Shown piece by piece: positions 48,752 to 63,171 of a DNA stretch of 64,000 bases. The translations under genes were made by a program, and so were the position numbers. The notes beneath the pieces are model-generated. The model was not told the DNA's origin and ran no database searches. It worked only from the letters and a program-made list of their open reading frames with translations. Origin of the DNA: the human T2T-CHM13v2.0 reference genome, Homo sapiens; the NCBI RefSeq assembly GCF_009914755.1, contig NC_060926.1; one strand, written 5' to 3'. Numbering within the stretch: position 1 is the stretch's first letter; each line of letters opens with the position of its first letter.

Positions 48752-50239
48752 AGTAGGCGCGATGACACGTGGCAGGAGGGGGAGGGGCAAAGGCGGCAGC
48801 ATCCAGTCCATCAATGGCGATGTTCAGCAGATTCACAAATGCCGGAGGTTCCTTGGTGTCAAGACATTTTTACCCCTGCACCTATTCAGGCGCCTGGTAC
48901 ATACTAAACACTTAATACCATGTTTCTTGAAATGAATTATTCGGAACGCAGGGGGTGCTTTTACACCGGAGGCATCCAAAAATAATATGAGGTTTCTGAG
49001 TGAGGGTTCTTTAAAGCCTTCTGATCATGCTAGGACAAACAGTGAAGACATTCCAAATTAGAAGTCACTTGGTCAGTTAAACAAAAGGAGATATATTTAA
49101 CTATGAAATCAGACTTGGTAAATCTAAGAGTGGTTTCCATTGACTATACAGACATAGCAAAATACTTGTTTGAGTGCAGATACAGAAAATTACCCTTTTA
49201 TTTGTTCCTGTTTTGCTCAGGTGACATCAAACGTTGATCCCTCTACTCTCAGCCCCCAACACTTTATAACAATTTCTAATTAATTTTGGTGCAATGAGAA
49301 ACTGAAAAGAAACCATCAACGATTTTAAGTAATGGATATTAGCATAAAATGAAAAGTGAGAAATACAGGGGCAGTGACTGTTAGCTAGAAACACAGCTGG
49401 AGGGAAGAGGAGAGGGAATCAGGAAGCTCTCAGAAAACCCCAAGAACAGAACTTCTTCTTTCCCCTAACTTTCCTGGCTCCTCAGATGCCCTCGTGGACG
49501 TCTGTCAGTTTTGCCTTTCTCGGAGCCATCGCTCATCTATTGTTAATAGCATCTTGATTTTACTTTAGGGGACACCTCCCTTCTCCCATTGAGCATGGTC
49601 CTGCTGGGGCTGTCGGTTCACATGTTCCCCCTTCAGATACCGGAGAGAGAAGCACTAGGCCAAGTTAGGCCAATCAGAGGCCTGATCCCTGGAGACTACT
49701 GCAGAGTCTGAAAACCACTGGCATTCTTTCATCTTGGTGTCTTGCTTCCTGGAACCCCACAACTGCCCTGATTCCTGTCCTTTCAAAGACCCCAGTCTTC
49801 ATTTTTCCTGCAGTCTGTGGGCCACTCCATTCTCTTCCAGTAAATTCCTATTTGCCTCTATTAGCCAGAGTTGTTATCTGTTGATTGCAGTGAAAGAACA
49901 CTGACGGGTGTAATGAGGAAAATCTAGTCCTACGATTGCTTTCATCATCTCTGTTGAACTTATCATTGAAAAGGATCAGCTCTAGGATAACGGAGATTTG
50001 CCTTGAAGATGAAGAACAACTAATATTTATGGATACTAGTTATGTTTCAGACACTCTTCTAAATACTTCCATGTCTATCTCATTTAATCTTCAGAATGAC
50101 CTCATTGGATAGGTGTTATTATCCCCGTATTACAGATGAGAAAACTGAGGCACAAAGTAATAACAAACTTGCTCATTTTCACATGGTCAGATTAACGGGT
50201 CTCTAAGTTTATTCTATGGAATATTCGTTTTTCAGGATT

Positions 50240-50660
50240 ATATTGGTTTCCTGGGGCTGCCATAACAAAGTACCACAAACTGGTGGCTTAAAACAATGGA
50301 AATTTATTGTCTTACAGTTCTGGAGGCCGTAAGTCTGAAATCAAGGTGTCGTCAGCACCATGTTCTCTATAGCAACTCTAGGAGAGAATTGTTGCGTGCC
50401 TCTTCCAGCTTCTGGGGGTTGCTGGCCATCCTTGGCGTTCCTTGGCTTGTAAATGCATCACTCTGTTGTCACATGGCTGTTTTCTGTGTGCCCTTTTCTT
50501 ATAAGGACACCAGTCACATTGGATTAAGGGCCCACTTGTTTCAGTATGACCTCATCTTAACTAATTATATCTACAATGACCCTATTTCCAAATAAGGATG
50601 CATTCTGAAGTGCTAAGGGTTAGGACTTCTTTTTTGGGAGATCTAATTCAATTTATGACA
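50240..50660 (-). mobile_element. MaLR LTR (MLT1B/C-like)
   Basis: gggctgccataacaaagtaccacaaactggtggcttaaaacaatggaaatttattgtcttacagttctggagg. Confidence 0.8.
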
Positions 50661-51071
50661 AAAAAAGTTAACATAAATTGTTCAAAAAAGAATGCTATGG
50701 CGAAGTAAGTTTGGAAAACACCATTATAGGATTCTTTACTGTAGTACTTTGGCGGGGCGAAGGTCTTTAATTTGTTCATCATTTAGAGGAGTTGCCAACC
50801 TGGGATTATTTTGTAAAGTTTCTCAAAAACCTGTTTGATGATGGACTTCTTTTTACAGGCTGACTGTGAGATCAGCAGTCAACGTGGAACACCTGTTCTC
50901 ATGCCTGATGTGAGGCAGTGGCACCCTAGCACATCCCTCCCTGGTTCTTCTGCTTTCCCCTGTGACCTGCAGCGTCAACTTGAGACAACTTTTCTTCTCT
51001 GAGCCTGAGTTTCCTTACTCTAAGATAAGGAAAATAATATACTTTCCCTATGGGTTTGATGTGTGGACTCA

Positions 51072-51389
<318 letters not shown>

Positions 51390-51599
51390 TAGTTTAAAAT
51401 AAGTAGGCTGAGAAACACTTGATACAGGGCTTGGCATAGAGAGAAGTAGGCATTCATTTAGTAGTTAACTTTGTTATGCTAACCAGATGGTTCTGAATTT
51501 CTTGGCATTTTTATTGGGCATTTCCAGGATCTCAAGAATAATCCTTACTCAGGACAATTTTCACCAACAAGTTTTTCTTGTTCATCTTCCTCTTCCTTT

Positions 51600-51921
51600 C
51601 ATCACTTCTTTTTCTCTTTAAAAGAGGGATTTTCTGTATGGTAGTAAGAATTTCCCTTAGGTAAATATTCAACCCAACTGTGGTTTTAATAAGTCTCCAG
51701 CATTAGCAAGGAATGGGTGGTTTACTCTGCAGTTCCTTATTCTGATCTTCCAACCCAGTGAGGGGAAGAGGATGTGATCATGCGACCGCCAGCAGAAGGG
51801 AAATTGTGAAAGCGACCTGCTGTAGAAAAGGCGGCCCACAGCCACCTCAGCATGCAGAGGAGGCCCAGCTGCTGAGAGGAGTTGCCTGAGAGTGACCTTT
51901 GCATCTGCCTGTCCAGCCAGC
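51600..51921 (+). promoter_or_regulatory. PLEK: PLEK proximal promoter and 5'UTR (non-CpG-island, TATA-less)
   Basis: Immediately upstream of the PLEK ATG. RUNX motif TGTGGTT at 51679-51685; ETS/PU.1-type gcagttcctt at 51729-51738; kB-like agaatttccct near 51648. Confidence 0.7.
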
Positions 51922-51963
51922 ATGGAACCAAAGCGGATCAGAGAGGGCTACCTTGTGAAGAAG
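51922..51963 (+). CDS. PLEK: Pleckstrin, coding part of exon 1 (14 codons)
   Basis: agcATGg strong Kozak. MEPKRIREGYLVKK is the pleckstrin N-terminal PH-domain start. Donor AAG|gtgagc at 51964, phase 0. Exon 2 was not seen, so intron 1 runs past the window end. Confidence 0.96.
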
Positions 51964-53823
51964 GTGAGCGAAGGTGCCACTTACCAGGGTGTCAGTGGAC
52001 ATGGGCTGGGGAGACTTGGGTTCAGCTCCACCGGCTACCTGCTCATCTTAGGAATGTTTCCTGTTCAACCAGTTGGGTTGAAATAGGGGAGCGTGGTAGC
52101 ACATAGAATGTTGGAGTGGGGTTAGGGGAGTGGGGATACTCATCCAGCCCCGGCTTCCTTACAGTTTGATATTACGGGTCTGAGAATTCCAGATGGCAGG
52201 GCCTGGAAGGTGGGGATCTAAGCTAACTCCCTCCAGATTTAGAATATCCTTTTTAAGAGGCACACAGATGTGTTCTGTCAGAAGATATACTCCTCTTCTA
52301 TGGAGGTTTCTTGGAGGGACTATTCATTTTTTATTTAAATTCCACTTCCCCTCAGTTCTTTTTTTGGGAGGCAAGGGGAAAAAAGTGATTAAAGAGTTGA
52401 TATAATGATAGAGTAATTACGGCTTATTTCTTGGGCCATCTTCTTGGAATTGACACGTTTAAAAAAAACCTTATCTTTTTTTAATTGGGCTGAAATCTCT
52501 TCACTCACAATTCTTAGTAAATTTGCATAATGTGGCATCGAGGTGGTAGATGCACCATTTTAAAGATTAGGGTACTGAAAAAGGCTTAGCCTCCCTGGTG
52601 TGCATCATGAAAATTGAATTTTCTTAGTGCTGTTTGTCTTTCTTCGGATGCTGAGTGTGTGCTGTGTGGTTGTGAAAGCTCCCCGGGATGTGAATTCACA
52701 CATAGGACTTGGTGTCCTGTGGGCAACACCTATATACACAGATATGCTCACACTAACCTTAGTGAGTGGATTGTTTCAGAAATGAGCTGAATGTAGTGCC
52801 TTCCTTCAGGTGCTTAGCTTTTTAGTTGAATGAACAGTGAATGTGAGTCTGTTTTAGGCTACTCATTTGTTTCACGTTTTAACCTACAATGTTCTACCTG
52901 TAAGGGGGGTTAAATAGCACACATTGCTGCCTGCTTCCATTTTGACTTCAGGCTGGAGGGACCCTAGGTCATCTGGCCTAATTCCTTCATTTGCAGAAGA
53001 GGAGACAGACCCAGAAGGCTCGGTGATTGCCCCAAGTCACATGGCTATGACAGTTGTGACCAGCCACTCCTTCTCTGATGCTTAGGTTTCTGATTCATGG
53101 CACTGAACTTTGTTCATTACTCCAGCATTTTCTTAAAGCAGATTTATTCCAAGTTAGGATTTGTAGTGTATTTGTGATGGTGAGAGCTATGAGTTGGTAC
53201 TGGAGAATAAGTGGGCCCTCAGCTGCTAATCTCTGTAGCCAGCTGTGCTTCGAAACATCCTTTGGAAAAGACACACTTATACATAGAAGTGTAAAAGATT
53301 ACTTGCAATAGGCACCAATAATAATTGGCGAGACCTGGTAATAATTAATATTGACTTATTCCTTTCCTGATCACTTGTGCTAGTATCCTGAGAAGAGCAA
53401 GTGAATAGGAACATTTCTGCAAGTTTTTGTTTGTTTTTTTAAACAATTAAAAACATCTTGCAATGAAAATTGCTGTTATAAAGTTTGTATGCTCATATTT
53501 TAATCTCCCTAAATTACAAAAATATGAAGACTAAATTTCTAATAAGTGAAGCTGTCTCACTAAAAATTGGGGATGATAGAGTCAGGGTTGTCAAGCATGT
53601 GGATTTAAATTAATAAATAGTTTTTAATTAGTGAGAGTAGTTCTCTCAGATTGTAAAAGCCAATCTAGAAAATGTGCCTGGAATTAAATAGTGAAATTTT
53701 GTATTGATAGTTTTACAATTTATATCTTCCATAATTTTCATGTTTACAAGTTACATCTTCCATAATTACTGCATTTTTCTCTGGGACCTTTTGAACACTC
53801 TGATATAATGCATTAAGATTCTC

Positions 53824-54024
53824 TTTTTTTTTTTTATTCTTCTAAAACTTTAATTTTAGGTTCAGGAGTATAGGTACAGGCTTGTTATATAGGTAAACTC
53901 CTGTGACAGGCGTTTGTTGTACAGATCATTTTGTTACCTAAGTACTATGCCTAGTATCCAATAGTTATTTTTTCTGATCCTCTCCCTTCTCCAACCCTCC
54001 ACTCTCACATAGCTTCCAGCGTCT
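53824..54024 (-). mobile_element. L1PA (older) 3'UTR fragment
   Basis: ttttaggttcagg...ttgttatataggtaaactc...ccaatagttattttttctgatcctctccc. Confidence 0.75.
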
Positions 54025-56051
54025 CATTTGATATTTTAAAGAAATGTTTGGTCCAGAAATATTCCCTTTTTCAGCTGCAGAACTAAACCTAAAGACAGAG
54101 TTTCCTGAGAAGGTATTAAAGTTCTTAACTACTTTAGACATTAAGTTTCCTTCAGTTACCTCACGTGTGGGTTAAAAACTGTATATGTCAAGAATCTGAC
54201 ATATAATTGGTGTACATAAGCTGCATAAGACACTGATTATTTGTATCAGCATCAATATATGCTTCAGTAGATAGTGGGGCCTCCCCTAGATGTTAATGGG
54301 GCTATGTACTGGTTCCTGGGTTGGTTGCCAAATTAATTATGAAGGAAGGGCCATAAAAATCTTTGAAAAGGCTCTTAGAAGCCTTGGCTATGGTTTTTGA
54401 TATTAAAGCATGAAAAATAATATAGTGAATCTTCCTCCATTCACCTTTTTCTCTTATGCAGTTCAAGATACCTGGGTAGTAACAGAGAACATCTTTGTCC
54501 TGTGTCTTGTTTTATGAAATAATTTTATTGCAGATAAGTTGTTTTGGGTGGAAAAAATATAGCATTAGAAAATGCTGGTGCAGGAATTTTGTCAGGTCAG
54601 AAATCTTGGGGTCAATAGTGTTAACTGTAAAACGTTTCTGCTTTTCTTCTGTGCAAGATGACTGTTGACATTTCACAATCCAGGTTTCCTCTTTTGCCTC
54701 CTGAATAAGATCTCCAAATGAAGACAGTGGTTAAGAGGGGGAGGGAAAATACAAGATTCTGTCATTTTCCAGCTTTTTCATTCCAAGTAACACCCATGTC
54801 TCTTTGCCTCAGAGTCTTTCACCTTACTTTTTTGTTTTAAAAAAGAGCACTTCTAGCCAACCATGGAGCAGCAAGCTGCTATACGAACATGACTTCATTT
54901 AATCCTAACCACCCTATGTGATCCTCATCTTACAGATAAGAAAACTGAGGTTCACAGAGAATAAGTGATTCGTCCACAGTGAAACATGTGGCAAGAGGAT
55001 GACCTGGGATTCAAATCCCGGCCTGCCTAACAGCAAAGCCTACCATCTCATTGATCCCAGGCAGCATTCTGAAAGGCAGGCTTGCCCTGGCCTGCAAAAG
55101 AACTCACTAGAGCCAGAGCAAGGCACGAACAAATTGTTTTGTGGGCAAGATTAAGTTTAAAAACCTCAGCCTCCTTTCCTCTCTGTTTAGGGGGTTTCTT
55201 TCTGGCCAATAAACATGTTTGGAAGGTACTCGAATACCTACTACTGAATTAGATATGTTCATCATCATAACTGGAAAAAATGAGAGAAGAGCAAATTATA
55301 TGCTCTGCATAACCTAGACTCCTCCAAGTCATGTCTCAAACCAGCCTAATTCCTAGAGGTTTATGGAGCAAGCTGTTGTTTCCAGGACAACCAACCTCAC
55401 AAGCACTTGGCGCAGCAGCGCTGACTCAGAAAGTGGCTGAGGGATTTGGATGTCCTTTGAGGCTGGGAGAAAGCATAGGAATCAGGGTGATGGGAAAGGG
55501 AAGGGCAAGCAGCAGGGACAGGAAAGGAAAGGGCTGCAGAAAGCTGTGGTAGAAGTGGAAGAGAGCCCGAGAGTCAGGGTCCTGGCCCAGGAGTTCTTTC
55601 CTGGATCTACCTTGTCTTCTAGGCAGCATGAAATAATCTGAAGCGATTTGTGCCTACTGATTCATCATCACTGTAACAGCTAACGCATGTGGTGTTTACC
55701 CTGAAGCAGGAACAGTTCCAAGCATTTCATGCCTTAATGCATTTATACAGCATACTTAAGACAACTCAACAAAATGGGGACAATTATTATCCTTACTTAA
55801 CAGATAAGGAGATTGAAGTACAGAGAGGCAAATGGCCTTGTCCAAAGTCACACAGTTAATAAGTGGCAGAGCTGGTTTGCAACCCAGCAGTGTGGCCCCA
55901 GTATCACGCAGAGCCTAACCACTTTCTATGTGGCCCTCGTGGGCTCGTACTGCAGTGACATTCTTTTCCAAAGCACTGTCACCATGATGAGGGGTACCCA
56001 GGGGAACATTATGCCAGAGCGACTCCACAGTGTTGCCTACAAAACCGTACT

Positions 56052-56144
56052 CTTTTTTTTTTTTTTTTTTGAGATGGAGTTTTGCTCTTGTTGCCCAGGC
56101 TGGAGTGCAATGGTACGATCTCGGCTCACTGCAACCTCCGCCCC
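56052..56144 (-). mobile_element. Severely 5'-truncated Alu (3' part of right arm)
   Basis: Poly-T plus about 75 nt of body; perfect 12-bp TSD caaaaccgtact (56040-56051 and 56145-56156). Confidence 0.9.
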
Positions 56145-57032
56145 CAAAACCGTACTTTTACCTGTTTCTATGGTCGCCATTTTTCAAATGTATACTACAT
56201 GCTGGCCACTGTGGTGAATGCTTTATGTATATTATCTCATTTAATCTTCACCACAATGTGAAACAGGTGCTTTGTTACCTTCATTTTACGGGTGAGGAGA
56301 CTCATGCTTGGAAAAATTAAATAAGTTACCTAAGGTTACAGAGCCTGGAAGAGGCAAAATTGAGATCTGAATTTAAATCTAAGGCTCCAGAAGTCATGCT
56401 GTTAAGCACTCTCTGTGCCATTTCTGTATTACTTATTTAATATGTTTTCACTGATAAATTTTCCAACCTGGAAGAGTTCACTTATGTAAAAAATATGCTA
56501 CTGAATAGACTAGTTCCTTTGCCTTCAGTGAGTTTGTATAGGCACAACACAACCATTTGTTTGGGATGTTATGTCAGTGATTTGATGGATCAGATTGGAA
56601 AACTAGATGATGTGATTTATGTTGTAGCCAACATAAGGGCTTAATTGAATGCAGCATCAACTTAAAATAACATGTCCCATGGGTGTGCAAGAATAGATAA
56701 TAGTAACTGACAGTTCTGCTTTAGATATGCAGTTTTGATCACAGTGTAATTTTCCTTTGAATTCCAGCCATACATTGTATGTGAAAAGAGAAATTTGAGG
56801 GAAAGGGGAAGTTAAAAGAGATGCCTTCACTTTGTAGGGAGTGTCTGAGAGGGGTTCTAAACACAAATATCCGATTGCCCCAACCCTCAGCCATTGGTTG
56901 TAGCTTCTTTCTGTGATGCTGGGTGTACACAAGAAGGCACACCTCAATTTGTGCATTCATCACACTGACCTGGAGGTCACTCTCTCCCATGTGAGATTGT
57001 GAACTATTCGAGAGCAGAGATAGGGTCTTGTT

Positions 57033-57359
<327 letters not shown>

Positions 57360-58747
57360 TAATTTTACATCCCAACAACCAGGCCAGTGTTGAAAGCATA
57401 GGAGCCATTCTATCATTATTTGTTGAATGAACGTGTCCCAAATAAAGAAACTTGCCTAAAATAGACTTCATAGAGACCAAAGTAACTTCTTAAGTCTTAA
57501 GAAAAAGTAATTTCAACGGGGGTAGTCATTTTTAGATGATCATGTAGAATATATTTCAAAGATTTATTATTATTTTTTGGCTTTCAAGCAAGCCCAAGGG
57601 TTAGCAGGGACACCTGGAAATAGAAGACTAAAGGGGGAAAAGAGGGACAGCAGGCACCTTGGAATAGATGTGTAGGATCTCAGGGTAGAAAGAGATGTTA
57701 CAGATTTAATACAGCTTCTCATCTGCAGCTTGCATTTCTTTTATTCATCTGTTAACAAGCATGCTTGAATACTTCTCTTGTTAGGGAACTCACTAATTAC
57801 ATTTTCTCCCTTAAGTTATGCAGAAAACTGTTTTCCTGAAACCTCCACCGGCTGGGACCTCAAAACAATCCAGGCATTCACACCTGCTCTACCTGTTCCT
57901 TTATGGGCTAAAACCTAGTTAGTTCCTCCAACAGTTAGAGAGATGATACCATCTTGGTGTTCTGCTTTGAACAGGCTCTGGTTTACCTGCAGCTTTGAGG
58001 TCACTTGAACTTAGTATAGTTCTCCAGGAGCACCTGATAAGCATAGAACTGTAAGGAATAGGTACTATTTAATGAGTGATTACTATATGCCAATTACTGA
58101 TTTAAGCAATTTACATGGATTGTTTTCATCTCCCAACAAAGCTGAGAAGTAGATATCATCATATCTGCTTGCCAGAAGGAGAGAATGAAGTTTAAAAACT
58201 TTCTCAAGGCCACATTACTAGAAAGTGGCAGAGTTGGGATTTGAGCCTGAGCCATCCAGCTCCAGAGCCCATGGTCACCTGCAGGCTATGCTTCGTTTAA
58301 AGACAGAATTATCATTTTCCTTGCTTTCGATCTTACACTTCTCTGTATACAACCACAACGAGTTTAGTTTTTTTTTGACAGCCCACATCAAATTGCTGAC
58401 TCATAGAGCTCCTTTTTTCCCACATGCTCATTTCCCACACCTTATAAGTCTTTACAAAATATTATTAAAGAGAAAGGCTGTATCTTATTTAATTTCAATT
58501 TGCATTTCTTTGATTGCAGTTGAAGCAATCAATTATGTTTTATTGGACCCAGCTTTTATTCGTTTGAGAATTGCTTATTTATATTATTTGCTCATTTAAA
58601 AAATTGGGAGTGTTGATATATTTCTTATTGGTTCTAAAGTGTTTAAAGAATTAAGGATATTAATTTTTAATCATATGATGATACAAATATCTATGCATTT
58701 TCATTTGCTTTTCAGTTGTTGCAGTTTTTTAAATATAGAGAAGTTCA

Positions 58748-59045
<298 letters not shown>

Positions 59046-59239
59046 GAGAAGTTTATTTTTAATATGGTCAAATCTGCCGTTCTTTATGATTTCTTCTTTT
59101 GATGTCATGCAATGTCAGACTCTTAGGTGCTAAATTATACCAGTCCCATGATGATGAACAGGTATTTACCAGAAAACTTCAAATCTGACTCAGCATCCCA
59201 TTGTGGACATGTACAGGTTTTGGCATATAATGGGTGAAA

Positions 59240-59332
59240 ACACATATATGCTACACACACACATGCACACACACACACAGACACACATACACACAGCATA
59301 TGGATATATATGTGTGTGTGTGTATATATATC
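59240..59332. repeat. Compound (CA)n/(TA)n/(TG)n simple repeat
   Basis: Directly visible. Confidence 0.85.
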
Positions 59333-59972
59333 TCCATTGAAGTGAAATAGCTAGCTAAGTGGTCTAAAGAAATCGATACAGATTCCAGAATGACTCAGTG
59401 TTATACAAGAACCAAAATGAAAATGACATCTGAGGGGAAGGGAAAAAACATAAAATTGAGAATCAGGAGACATGGATTCTACATTAACTGGTCAGATGTA
59501 CTAGGCCAATCACTTAACATTAATTGTTCAGATGTGGTAGGCCAATCACTTAACTGGGCCTCCACTTTTTTTTATCAATATGGTGACAGTGTTGGTAGAT
59601 GATCCTAAATTTCTCTGTCATTTGGACATTCCATAATCACACTTCCAGGTTTGCTCTTGGGTGAGCATCAAGTGGGTTGGGGCCAGAAAAGGAAAAATTT
59701 AGGAATGGTCAAGGAGAGGTGCTGCCAGGTTACCCGAGTGAGAAACTGGTAGCTGCAGTAGTGGTGAAGAGGAGAGAAAAACCTCCTCAAATTCCATCAT
59801 CCTGACCTAACTCAGCACTATCAGGCCTGGAAGGATGTTTAAGCTTTGTAAGTGGTCAGATTTCTCTTGTTTCATAAAGTATCAGCCTCTTCATTGTGCA
59901 TAATGACCCTGAATCCCAAATGACACATCCTCCTCAGAGTCAGACCCCGGAGGCTGCACTTGATTTAGAAAA

Positions 59973-60168
59973 GCACAACGTGAAGGTTAGTTACATATGT
60001 ATACATGTGCCATGTTGTTGTGCTGCACCCATTAACTCGTCATTTAACATTAGGTATATCTCCTAATGCTATCCCAACATGGCACGTGTATACATAGGTA
60101 ACTAACCTTCACGTTGTGCACATGTACCCTAAAACTTAAAGTATAATAAAGAAAATAAAAAAAAAAAA
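59973..60168 (+). mobile_element. Very short young L1 (L1PA3/4-like) 3' end with a 5' inversion
   Basis: Sense 3' end ...gtaccctaaaacttaaagtataataaa plus A-tail; antisense segment 59973-60075; TSD agaaaagcacaa at 59967-59978 and 60169-60180. Confidence 0.93.
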
Positions 60169-61099
60169 AGAAAAGCACAAACTCATATTGGACAGTTGGC
60201 TCCAGAGGCTTTGTCTACTGAAGGCATGCAATGCCAGCTTATCGCTACTGATGCATCCCAATTTCAAAGTCAAAAGCCCTGAGTGATGATGGCAGTTAAT
60301 AATCTCAGCTATTCCTGAGGTTGAATATTAAATGTTAGGTTTAAAAGGGATTCTGGCAATCATCTAGTGCAACTTTTCATTTCTAGCTCTGAGAACATGT
60401 CTTTCTTTTCTTATTTCCAGGTATTTTTAAAATTTTTTATTAAATAGATTTGTCTATGTATTTCACTAAAAGTATATTCTAAATTTTAATACATAGCAGA
60501 GTCATATGTTACTCATTCATTTAATAATTTTCCCAAGTTATTTTAAAAGTTAAGCCCACAGAAAAATGAGGAAACTAGTACCATTATTCATATAGCCTTT
60601 ACCTAGATTAATCAATTGATAATGGATGGGCACATTTGCTTTGTCTCTCCCTATCTCTGAATTTCTGTATAAATAAACACACATATCATATTAGGTTGAG
60701 ATAGTTGAGAGTAATTTGCAGACATCACGCTACCTCACTCCAAAATACTTCAACATACATCTTCCAAGAAAAAGGACATTTTCCTATATAATCACAATGC
60801 CATTATCACATCTAAGAAATTTATTACTAATAAAATGACCTTATCTAATACACCTTTTACATTCAAATGATGCCAGATCACTCAATAATATTCTGCATAG
60901 CGGCTTTGAAAAGAATCCATGATTCAATCGAGGACAATTCATTGCATGAATATGCTGTTTTTCCAGTGATTAAGTGAGAGAAGTAACTAATGTGGAATAG
61001 TTTCCTTCTATAGAAGCAACTTGAAGGGTGGTGTTACTATAATCACTGTATACCCCTCCATGGAGTTAACTAACAGGACCTGGAGTTAACAACTTTGTT

Positions 61100-62000
61100 T
61101 TTTAATTGAAGGATAACTTACAATAAGGTACATGAAGGGTGTCATAATTTTTTACATACCTATACCTCATGTAATCAACACACAGATAAAGACAGAGACA
61201 TTTCTAGTATGCTATAAAGTTCCATTGTTCCCTTCCTAGTCTATACTCCCATCGTCGGTAACCATTATTGTAATATTTTCTCATAAGCTATGCCTGTTGT
61301 TGAACGTCATATGAATGTAATCATACTCTAAGCACATGTTTTGCCTGTTTGCTTTTCACTCAACATCTATGAGATTTATTTATAATGTTCCAGGTACTAG
61401 CGGTTCATTTTTTAAAAATTGCTAGGTTGTTTTCCATAGTATACATTTACTGTGTTAATAATGGATTTATATATTATATTATACAGTTTACTTATTCCTT
61501 CTCCTGTTGATGGGCATTTGGGTTAGTCTTTGTTTCTGGCTATGATGAATAAAGGTGTCATGAACATTCTTGATGAAACCTTTATGACAATATGCATTCA
61601 TTTCTCTCAGATCTTTGCCCAGGAGTGAAATTGCTGGTGCAAAGGACATATATGTGTTTAGCTTTAGCATAAAACCACCAGATATTTTTTCTGCACTGGA
61701 TGTGATATTCTGCACTCCTGCCAGCTATGTTTGGTACTTCCAGTTATTCTACCTCCTTGTCAAGTCTTATTCTTCTCTGACTTTGAAAATGCTAGGTACT
61801 CTAGCAGGTGTGTAGAGGTATCTCATTGTGATTTGAATCTGCATTTTCCTGATAAATAATGATGTTGAACACTTTTTCATAAGCATTTGGATGTTTTCTT
61901 TACTAAAGTGCCTGCTCGATACTTTTTGCTCATTTAAAAATAGGATTATTTGTACTTTTCTTATTGATTTGCAGGAGTTCTTTGTATTCTAGATATGTTT
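61100..62000 (-). mobile_element. Old L1M 3' fragment
   Basis: ctcctgttgatgggcatttggg...gtatctcattgtgatttgaatctgcattttcctgat. Confidence 0.7.
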
Positions 62001-63171
62001 CAGTTGTAAAACAGAAAGGCATTTTACTGGAATTATTTCATGTGTTGGCACAGTGTCTGATCTTGCTCATTTTTAAAAGGGGAAATAATCCAGTGTTCGT
62101 CTGGAATAGTTATTCTGCCCATGCAGAAAAGAGATAGGGTATTTTAATTTAGAAAATTATTTTAGTAACTAGAACAAAGGAAATGTTTGGACAAGCAAAG
62201 TGATAGTCCCACAAGTATTTATCTTTGCATAAATAGTCTTCCTTTTGGTCAACTGGACCTTTATATAGAGGCCCTTTGTATTTTGAGATAAGCAGCAGGG
62301 TCTCTTGGGAACTGGATGATAATTCTATTTTGTGGTAGTCATGACAGGGTGATATCATGGGTTAAAGAATAGACCTTTGCCAAATTCTTCCAAAATATAG
62401 ACCAGAAATAGAGACTTCCCTGTTTTAATCAGAATGGTCAACTTATTGCTAAAGGGGCAGCTGGCATGAACCCAAACTGAAAACATTTTAAGTAAGGATT
62501 TTTTTAAGGGCTACATTAATGTGGATAGCCTCATTCTGGCATTATAGACCTTTTGCAAGTGATTTTCATACAACTTAGCCATGCCTGCACACAAGGCTGC
62601 TGTCTGAGTTTCTTTTTGACATTCATATTCAGATAAAATCTGATTAGCCCAAGAGATGGAAGCAACTGCAGGGTGCATGCCACCACTTATGACTGCTTTG
62701 TCTATGGGAGACACGGCTGTTGGATCACAACACTTTTCCACTGAGTCCAGCCTCAAGCATCCACTACTACTCAGTCTGAATTGACACTTGAGATAGATTC
62801 TACTTGCCATTCTTGAGTTGAACTGAACTCAATGGGCAGGTTTGGGAGCAGAAAACAAACCACATAAAGTCAGCCTGAAATGTACCAGGGGAGCTTATGG
62901 GTTGACTGTCACTGTATATACATTTTATCTTAATTAAAAAAAATTCCAGTAGAATGACAGTCCTCCTTTCCCCTGAAGGCATCCTTCCTGCGCAGCCTTG
63001 TGCAAATGTGGACCACCTGCCTCCACACTGGCCAAAGCTGAGTTACATATTGTCCTGCAGAGGTCTATAGGATCATTTTAGGAAATATTGTCACACTTAT
63101 TGTGTCTATTCTTATGTTAATCATTTCATTATGTCTTATTTATTCAGTCTTATCTATTAATAATGTGATCT

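Noticed and set aside
51892-52086. 64-aa ORF with an N-terminal extension before MEPKRI
   Set aside because: It starts at GTG; the real ATG is 51922 and the frame leaves at the donor at 51964.
59481-59552. 36-bp repeats as a CRISPR-like array
   Set aside because: Only two adjacent units, no spacers, no cas genes, and a eukaryotic context.
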